Assembly (NCBI GenBank): GCA_964035545.1
Contig: OZ037773.1
Coordinates: 2,757,751 to 2,821,750 of the forward strand
Origin: Bugula neritina
Lineage: Eukaryota; Animalia; Bryozoa
Direction of reading: 5' to 3'
Length of the DNA: 64,000 bases
Positions 29,636 to 64,000 of this stretch are shown one piece after another. Made by a program: the position numbers and the translations under genes. Position 1 is the first letter of the stretch, and each line of letters opens with the position of its first letter. The notes under the pieces were generated by a model that did no database searches, was not told the origin of the DNA, and saw only the letters and a list, made by a program, of their open reading frames with translations.

Positions 29636-30639
29636 GCTTAACCTACCAGTAGGTGGTCTGTCAGTGTCACAGTACTGGTGCTAATAAAAGTAATTGCTAT
29701 TATATATTTTATTAGGTAACTAATAGTAATAGCCTATAGGCTGTAACCTAGTGTAAGTATTATAAGCTCACACTTGTATATAGAATATTAGTAGCTCCAG
29801 GACCAGGGGCAGCCAGATATTTTGCAATTGTAAATTTAATTTTAATGAGTGACTGAGATTGAGTGTCAGTGTGACTGTTAGCTCTAAACTCTCAAAACTC
29901 AATCAAATTAAATAATTAATGAACAAATAAAGTTACTACTAGTACAACTATAGGTATTATCGAATTAATATTATTACTAATAGTTCTAGTACACTTGATA
30001 TTATTAATATTCTTACTACTACTATTAGTAATACTAATACAATAGTAATGCTAATACTACATCTAATAGCAATACTAATAGTATTTGTTACTATAGTATT
30101 TCTATTTGAGTATAATTATTAATCTCACTAACCTCAGTCTACTACTATTACTATTAGTGAGTAGTAATAGTATTACTATTAGTGTTAGAGTATTACTTAT
30201 ACATTACCTTATACAAGTTTACAGTTATAATAGTAGTATTACTAACTATTATTATTAGTATACTATTAGTATTGCAGTTAATTTTATTTTTACACTTACA
30301 AACTCAATCACAATGTCGATGTCAAGAACTATTAATTTCAAAATACCACTACGTCTACTGTACAGGTTGAAGTACTAGGAGTAGGACCAGAGCAATTTTA
30401 AATTGCCAATTACTGAATTAGAGGCAATTAAATTTAGTTTTGCTTTTACTTTTGGTGATTTTAATTTACTGAATGATAGTTGTAATGAATTTAAATTGAC
30501 GAATACTAAGTCTAATAGTAATAGCAATATTAATTATGATTCAGTAAAACTGAATCAGAATGAGAAAAACTTTAGAGTTAGTTAATTTAAATTCAAATTC
30601 AAATTGAAATTAACTTAAATTTAAATTACAACAATTTTC

Positions 30640-31150
30640 CTAATGATTATTTTCGCACGACTCATCACATCTGATAAAAAACTACAATTATAATAAGCGG
30701 TGTAGGAATTTATCTGTAAACGCACAATTAAGGTGAATGCAAGATAAAGATGCTTTCAAGTATAGGCATAGCCACGACCACAGATGACATTCAATTTCAT
30801 ATTGATATCAAAATGAAAATGAAACACTGAAACTAAAACTCCAGTCAAGTCAAGAAAGCCGAACAAAAGGCTCGCTAGAATGACGAACATTTTAGCGAAG
30901 GTTTCAGCGCTTCACGTTAAAAGCAAAGGGAATAAGTTCAATAGATCACGCTGGTAAAAGCAACCGCCCTACAAGAAAAAAAACTGTTTGCCATGATCAC
31001 TGAGCTGAAACTATAAGGGGTTATAGTTCAATGGTTATGATAGCAAAATTAGTACTTTATTAGTACGTGCCATAGATCGCATCAACGATGTTCTAACACG
31101 ATTCCATTATTGGAGTTACAGAGACAAGGCCAGGTAAAGGTAAACAAATT
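30640..31150. promoter_or_regulatory. Probable bidirectional promoter / first-exon region of MRPL48 and MAP2K5
   Basis: Lies between head-to-head genes; CpG-enriched island in AT-rich flanks; plus-strand donor CAG|GTAAAG at ~31134. Confidence 0.5.
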
Positions 31151-33280
31151 TAATATGATAATTATGCCTATAGAAATGGAAGCTGCTAAACTAAAAAGTA
31201 CAGTACTCTAAATCTTACAGTTACTTACAGTAACGTTAGAAGTTACCAAACGTAAGTAAACTATCCGAATCTTCAGGTATTTTTTATTAGACTATCATTT
31301 ATTAAGAAAAGCTAAATTACTTTCATGCTGAGTTATGCTAAACTTTTTAAAGATGAGCTTAAAGTTAAAAGTGACCAAGTAAATTGATCATGATGTCAAG
31401 AAAAATATGAGTATGAAATTTATGTTTAATAATTTAATGTCAAATTAATATCATTACAGTTAATGTTAATATTATAATTTATAATAATAATTGTTTATTA
31501 TTCAATTTCAATTTGAATAATAATTAATATAATTATGATTATTATTAATATTATCAATATGATTATGAATTAGAATATGATCAATAGTCTATACTCATAC
31601 TCATAGTAATTATTAGCATCATTATTAATTTCAATATGAATAAAAACAATACGAGTATGATCTAATTTTACTTTTATTCAGTAAACCTTTTAGTCATTTA
31701 GTTTTACTTTCAATTTGAAATGTAAATATATTTTCTAAATTTATCAATTTTTAAAGTTATTGTTAAACAAACCTTCATCAGCAATTTGAGTTCAAAATTT
31801 TTTTCTTTGGTTTTCAACATACTTCAACTTAATTTTGATCTTCACCAGCTTACATTAATTTTGATTATTGATTTTAGAAGCAAAAATTATTATTGTAGTT
31901 TAAATTATAAAGCTAACTTTAGGCAGTACAATTAATTATCATTATAGCAGCTTTTATAATTAAGGATTATCATAGTGCAATCAACATGATTAATTTATTA
32001 CATTTACTTCTAGGTTTAAGTTGTTACACTTGTAGTTGTTAATTATTCTTGATAACTCCTCAATTTTTAATAAGAGTCTACAAATAATATGTTAGTTTCA
32101 AACTTATACTAATTATAGCTAACTTTCATTGCATGCTATTTTTACTACTGGAACTTAAAAGTTCAAAGTTTAAACTTTCAAGCCAGCTCAATTATTACAC
32201 TATGTTTTGCCTCATGTTGTCTACCTTATGTCATTTGTTTGGTCACAGGTCAAGTAAATACTGCATTCTGTTTGTAAGTTGGTTAATCTTTTAGTGTTTC
32301 TAATTGTTTCCACAAATGGTGTGAAACAACCATAGTATACTTGTGAGATTGCATATCCGAATTTTTTGCTCACCAAGTGCAATGTTAGTGGAAATTTTCA
32401 TATTTGGTGATTTTGGTGATTTCATCATGTTACATTGTGAGTGTTGATTGTCACTCTTTCTTCTGTAGTGCCTTTTATCAGAAGAGATAGCCTGTCATTC
32501 TTAAGTCCTTGTTTAGGGCGGATGCAGCCATAAATTTCAAAGTAAGATTAACTGTAGCTGTAAGCATGGAAGTAGCTCAATTTTGGTTGTGAAATCTTTC
32601 AAATGTAACTAAGTTTAGTAGTTTTATATACTTAATTTGTTAATCTAATTATTTGTTTTCAAACTTGGTGATATATTTTCATAGCAATTAATTAATAACT
32701 TAAAGTGGAGCTTTTCCCTGACTAGAATGAAGATAAAAAGGTTTTAAATCAGTTTCAATTCACTTTTAATATAACTATATTGCTTGGATTCTTTATAGTG
32801 CTATTGAATATGCACTCAATATGAATATCACAGGACAATAAATTTGGGGTGTTTTTACAGACGATTAAATGTTATACAAATAAAAGTGTCAAATGGAGGT
32901 GATTTGTTTTTGTTATGCTCTACATCATTCTAAATCTCATGTGAGCATGCATAACGATAAATATATTCTTATAAAATAATTATTTTGATTTTTTATTTAA
33001 TTTTTAGAATATATTCTTTTATTTTAAATAATCCAACAGAGTTCTGACTTTTTTTCTTTCTCCAATTTTGTTCATGTCTTCTTATTTTTATCAGTACACT
33101 GGATTTTGTAACGTGTTTTCATGTTTGTGATATGTGACAAATAAATCAATCATGATAGCAAGTTTGTAAAAGCAACTTTGATAAAAATGTTTCAAAAGCA
33201 TTCTATACTCCCATCACAGCACATTGGTTATTATTTGCAGTCAAATCATGGTGTAAAATGATCAATCAAAAGCTGTAGGA

Positions 33281-36200
33281 ATGAGTGGGCAACTACCATC
33301 TTTCTCCTTGGAAATATTCAATCATGACCAAACTCAGTTAGCTATGCTCAATGTGACCAACCCTTCTGTACAGCTCACATATGACAATATCATTGGAGCA
33401 ATACAGGTAATCATTTACAATAAAATATTGCAGTTTAAATTACACCAGTCAGTACTACTCTCTTGCTTTTATAAATTTCACATTTTGTGACAATTCCATT
33501 CTATGCCATTTAATCCATTTTGTTTGTATAACTGACACTGTTTGCTAGAGATATACACTCTGTTATTCAATCAACTAAAACATGAACTGTGTATTCTCTT
33601 GTAGCACTATTTGCCACACACTCTTATTCACGCCTTTAAATATATTGATGATGAGGGTGACTTTATCACAGGTTGGTGTCACGTACATGTACCTAGTGTA
33701 GGTTATGTATATATAAATAATATAGGTAACATACTGTAGCTAGTGTAGGTAACATACTGCGCAGGTGACCAAGGTGACCACTGTAGCTAGTGTAATGAAA
33801 CATGTGCAACAGCTTAGTAAGTGAATAATTTGAATTAATTCTGGAGTGTTCTGTAAGTTTTACTGTTAAAACTCTTAGATTTGGTATTAAATGATCACAA
33901 AAAGAATATACTGCTATTTATAGAGAAAGTTCAACTGCTGAGTTAATGTAGCCAAGGGCTAGATGTTTAATACGTAAAGGAAGCTTATTGCTCTCAGCAA
34001 ATCTTGTTTTACAGGGTCATTAGTGATTCATGTTAAGAACAATAGTTTTGGAATTACATTGTAAGCTCTTGAAGTACAATTTCAGCATAACTTGAAGCAG
34101 GAGAAGCTCGTGGTTCCCTTTCAAACTTGTTCTACCAGTTTGTCACAGGATTGCTGCTATAGATGCAGTGGGTTTAGCTTAACGTTGCAGTTTCGCTCAG
34201 GTTTTTTTCTGTTCAACGAATTAATAGAAGAGGTCCTTTATTGTTGGTTTAGTCATTTCAAGTTAACGATTTATTATGGCATATTGCCTACTCTGTCTAT
34301 GATCATAATGTTTTATTTTGCATTTTTTTCTCCAAAACTTGAGTTCTACATGAACATATGCTGTGCTAAAAAGTTTCAGTGCTTCTCAAACAAACCTGAT
34401 GGTGTGGAATTTCTCACGTCATCTTTCTGTGGTACATACTTATTCAAAGGAAGCTTGGTAATTTGTTGTATTAGTCCTAAAAGTTAATTGGCTCATCTTT
34501 TTGCGTATTGGCAGCTTATTACGATCTCTGAAGGTAACTTTCCTTTTGGCTTGCAGTGCGAACTGACAGGGAGACGGCTGATATGATTAAGGCGTACGTA
34601 ACAGCTAACTTTGACAGGGCATCCAACTCATTCTCCCACTCTCTGATAATCTACCCGAGTAACGACAGCATTCAAGATGGCAGCTCTAGTTTGAGGAATC
34701 GACCAGATCTACACGTGGAGGTAAGTAAACTCTTTCTCTCGATGATGTCATTATGCTGGTACTTAGTAAACTTTGGGTGAGCAGAACTCTTTTTAGCAAT
34801 GATAGTATCACTTTTGGTTTTACGGAGTTGTGTTTTCAAAGAGAACATCTAATGCAGATTATTACAAATGAGTTGAAAGTTAAAACATTTGAGGTAATTT
34901 CTATTTTTTGTTGCTGAGAAATCTTAAGTATATACTTTAGGTACATAATGAATAACTTAATACTTTTGATTTAGCAAGCTTCGCCAAAAAAGTTTCGGAG
35001 AAGTTTTTATATATTTTTGTGATAAAATATCCTTGGATTAACAAATCATGGCCTTAACTAAAAAACTGATGCCCACAAGCTCTCTGTGCTCAGTGTTTGA
35101 CACGTGTTGAAGGTGCCTGCCTCTCCGTCAATATCTGCAAGACACCTGCCAGTTAGTGGCATCCACCAGCACGCCCTGTCTAGTGGCAGTCAGCATTCTG
35201 CTTCTCCCATGAATATCAATCTCGGCAGCGACACGTCCCACGGCACTGGGTCCCCAGACTCCCTCAAGTTAGCCAGTATCATGAACGGGCCGCTCAGCGC
35301 TGACACTAACCCACTGAGCCTTGACCAGCTGACCTATGACCCTAGCACTGATAGGCTAGGCGCAGGTCAGTACGAGTCTTCCGTTATTCTAACTGTCTGC
35401 TGTTATAAATAGAATTTGTGATGACTGTATGGGAATTACACTGTGAGTGTTGGGTTTGTTTCGGATTTGTGAAGTTATTAATAAGAATTAGTAGTTAAAA
35501 AATTGAAATGCTAATCGATTGCCATGACTAGATTTGGATTATGACTAAAACTTTTTATAAAGTCTTTAAATGTGTTTCAAGATGTTGTAATAATAAGCAC
35601 ACGTTGGTCTCGTGTTCGAACAGGAAATGGAGGGAACGTGTTCCGAGTTGTTCACAATTCCACAAACACTACGCTAGCTTTAAAAATAATCGGGTTGGAT
35701 GCCACATCACCTGAGGAGCAGAGGCAGATTATCTCCGAGCTGAGTATCCTCCATAGGTGTCAGTCTCCCTTCATCATCAGGTAACTAGTAGCTAGTAGTA
35801 GTGAATAGTAGTAGTGAATAGTAGTAGTTAGTCACTAATACTAATAGTTAGTAGTGGTCACTAGTATTAGTAGTTAGTCACTAATAGTAGCTAGTACCTA
35901 GTAATAGTAACTAGTAATAGTAACTGGAAATAAGTAATAGTAGCTAGTAATAGTAACTGGCAATTAGTAATAGTAGCTAGTAATAGTAGCTAGTGATAGT
36001 AATTAGTAATAGTGGCTACTCTACTAATAGTAGATAGTGATAGTAACTAGTAAGACTCATAATTGATAAATTTCATTAATTTTCAGTTCCAGGAAATTAT
36101 ATTGAGTTGCTTGAATTGTAAAGAGAGATATAAATGAAAATACGTTTGCCAATATCAAGAAAATCTACAATTAGGTTACATGAATAAGAATAATCATGAA

Positions 36201-38123
36201 GAATCAATATCAGATCTTTGTAAAACATTTACCCTGTCACTCCGTCTTTTTTATTATGTTAGTGTTCCTGAAAAAAGGGAAGAACTTTTAAATTATACGA
36301 AAAAGCTCCTTTGCTAAGTTACCAAGACATTTCTTGCATTTGAATTTGTTTTAAGTTGCCTTTATACCTTCACAATTTTCGGTCAGAAATTCAATTTCTC
36401 CTAGTTGCATTGCATTGTAAAAGCCACTCGTTGAAATTTTTGTACTGTGATAACTTAATCGGCCAATTTTAGAATAGGATTAATAACTCCTTGTAAACAT
36501 CGTTATTTAGTTATTACTTTGGCGATTAGACAACGTACTTATACGGTTATAATTATATAGCCTGCCTTCTCAATTATCGCTTTTATGCTTTCCGCTTCAC
36601 TAATTCACGACGTTTACAAAGGGCATCAAATAGCTATTATGCGAGTCAAATTTCAATTTCAGAAAGTGAGCAACCGCATCACTATGATTTCAACGAGTTT
36701 CAGTTTGACTATAAAGGGGTACCCGGACAAGCATAATTAACTTAAACTCGGTAGTTTTTTCAGCAGAGGTATAAACGCAACTTTAAACTAAACTCTTTAG
36801 CTTCTTTCCAGTATGACTGAAGCATAATTATGTCTTCTCTCACATGTAATCTAATCTTAGTTTTTCCGGAGCATTCTTCCACGACAACGAAATATATATA
36901 GCCACTGAGCTTATGGATGGCGGCTCTTTGGACAGATACAAACCTATACCAGAACCGGAGCTGGGTAGGATTGCCGTTATGGTGGTACATGGTCTACAAT
37001 ATTTATGGTCTATTGGCATTATGCATAGAGACGTAAAGCCAAGTAATATGCTCATCAACACCACTGGTAAGCTTTAGCTTGAGCTCAAACAATGTTACTC
37101 AACTTTCACTGTAGCTATTTTGATGCATAGCTTTTTGTAGCCTGTTTTCTGCGTATTTTTTGTTACAAACTTTTTTTTCTCACTTGTCAATTAAGTTTTA
37201 GATTTTTCGGTTTAGTTTTTGTTGAAAAGTTAAAATATGAAGTATAGAGATTAAAATAAGTGATCACTAGGATACCCGGTGTTGTCTAACGTCTGCTAAT
37301 ATTAGCCTTTGGTTCAACAGGCATAGTGAAGTTGTGTGATTTCGGTGTGAGCAGGCAACTGATAAACTCCACTGCTCTCACCTATTGTGGAACACACGCC
37401 TACATGTCACCAGAGCGGCTCAATGAGTCCAAAGGATATAAAATACAGTCTGATTTGTGGTCACTCGGTAAGAGCACTTCCTGTCTATCAGCTGTCAACT
37501 TCCTGTATTTTGGTTGCCAACGTTTTATATATTAATTGTTAATCTAGTGATGAATAATGTTTCATCTATTAACTCAATATATTTCTATATAAATATTTTG
37601 CATTGATTAGCTGCATCTGCTGAACTTTTTCAACTTCTAGTAGGATGTTTTCTCCCGATTCTTGTGACGTAAAAATTGTATGTCTATTTTAAAAAGAAAT
37701 TCTATTCAAATTGAAGACCTTTATTCCATTGCTGTTATAAAGCTTTGCTGTTATTCAATTTCATAATATCTCAATTAATTAGATATGACCTGTGCAGCTG
37801 TAAGTTTTGAATACCACTGTTGTGTTTTAGGTGTGAGTTTGTATGAGATGGCTATTGGTGAGCATCCGTTCCCTTCTGAGTGTTTGCTGTCGCCGGTACC
37901 TCTATTCAACTCGATTGTGCAGGGAAAGGTCAACAGCCTACCTAGGGCTAAGTTCTCAGTCAGCATGTGTATGTTTGTCAACCAGTGTTTATCCCGGGAA
38001 CCTGAGAAACGTCCACATCCTCGCACCCTCATAGAGCACCCGTTTATAGCCACGTACAATGACGGGAACACCGGTGTCGTTGCTGAGTATGTCAAGATGA
38101 GAATACAATCAGGAATGGGCTGA
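33281..38123 (+). CDS. MAP2K5: Dual-specificity MAP kinase kinase 5 (MEK5), 8 coding exons, ~470 aa
   Basis: Exons 33281-33406, 33605-33671, 34557-34720, 35113-35365, 35624-35780, 36861-37066, 37321-37467, 37831-38123 (1413 nt). PB1 acidic motif [17 protein letters not shown] is diagnostic of MEK5. Kinase motifs: [49 protein letters not shown]. Confidence 0.93.
35785..36052. repeat. TAG/TAA-rich low-complexity repeat
   Basis: Runs of TAGTAATAGTAGC-like units in a MAP2K5 intron. Confidence 0.85.
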
Positions 38124-39372
38124 CGGTGATGCTCGTAGCTTTTGTAGATTGCCTTTTTTCTGGCCCAATATATTGGCTCTCCAAACATTTCTATGCAAAT
38201 TTTCTAAGTATTATACGCTGAGAGGACTACTCTTGCATAACAAATATATTTCACTATTGGTGCTTCGTAGTAAACCCGTTTCCTGTCAACCACATACCCA
38301 CATCTGCTGCGCTTTATACCTTCCCCTTTCTCACTCTTGTTATTAGCTCTGAGCAAGTCCTAAATAGTTAGAAAGAAGTCAGTCAATGATTGTTTATCTG
38401 CACACATTTCATGTGTTACTCTAGCTTTTATTGTTACGAGATTTTATAGTTAGCATATTTATTAATTAATAATCTAGTTATGTTATTCTGTTTATTTTTA
38501 TTACATAATGTTGAGTTAATATTAATCTATTATGGTATAGATAGATTGTCCTGTATAAAAAAATTATTGCCCAATACAGTGATTTATCAGGAAATAAATA
38601 CTCTTATGTGGAATCCAGAAAAAAATAAGTTGCAAAGAGTAAAGGTGACTAATGATTAGCAAGATAGTATAGAGAGATAGTATGAACTATAGAGATAATG
38701 AGAGAGCATAATAGAGTGATGAAAAACATTAAATCATCACCGACCTTCAAGAAATACTATAACTGCTAGTGCATTATCATATTTCCATCAACAGGTATTT
38801 AGTTTTGTATCCGACATTTACCATGCTATGGCCATTGAGATACTTATAGTATCGCACTAACTATGGTTTAACTGCTAACAAGGTGTTGGATCATAAAATG
38901 TTACAAAATAAGAAATTTATTTATCTTAGCAGCTATAAATAAATAAATTTTGAATAGCTTATAAAAGTGTTATTGAATTGAGTGGTAAACTCATCAGTAT
39001 AAAAGAGTTTGTATGCATTGCAAAGTGTGAAAAACAGAAAACTCAACAGTGTGTTCAGTGTAAGCAAAGAGCCCAAAAGATAAATAACAGCATGTAAATA
39101 AACAATGTTTATAAAAATCCAAAGAGATGACAAGTATAACTGTAGTTATACATGTTGCTACTAAATTCACAAGATCGGAGGAATATTACAGCATATCTTT
39201 ACTGGTGTTTTGGTAATACAGACTAAAGTTAGTTGATATATTCTCAATTGATTAAATATTCAAGATGATAAAAATAGACATGATTTCATAGTTATAACGC
39301 AAGCGATTGTAGCTAATAACAGCAGGCAAAATGAACTAAATACAAAGAGAAATACAGGTAATATGGCGATGT

Positions 39373-63933
<24,561 letters not shown>

Positions 63934-64000
63934 CTACAGTAAGTGAAAAAGGGTTAGCATGCACATTAGACCTAGCTCTGTAGACCCTTACACAGTACCA

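Noticed and set aside
36230-36740. CpG-richer block in a MAP2K5 intron, possible transposon remnant
   Set aside because: No clear TIRs, TSD, ORF or second copy in the window.

Overview
AT-rich, intron-dense animal genomic DNA, most consistent with a lophotrochozoan-type invertebrate (organism not identifiable from sequence alone). All gene models were spliced by hand from splice sites and phases. Genes in order: DESI2 (5' part, minus), ARL2 (complete, plus, 184 aa), a four-TM CD20/TMEM196-like gene (minus, ~320 aa), an orphan ~206-aa type I membrane glycoprotein (minus), MRPL48 (minus, ~208 aa), MAP2K5/MEK5 (plus, ~470 aa), and the 3' ~42 exons (~2,200 aa) of a giant type I membrane protein (minus). 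The giant protein is built from about 31 tandem six-cysteine PLAC-like modules in alternating A/B pairs, Thr-rich linkers, SEA(-like) domains, two Ca-EGF domains, a TM helix and a tyrosine-motif tail. Non-coding content: eight copies of a T-tailed tRNA-derived SINE, a decayed tRNA-like sequence, two hAT-type MITEs, a 420-bp foldback element and many micro/minisatellites. There is also a type I hammerhead ribozyme motif between (TA)n tracts and a probable decayed sushi-domain gene nested in an intron. The best candidates for novelty are the PLAC-array receptor, the hammerhead element and the orphan membrane protein.
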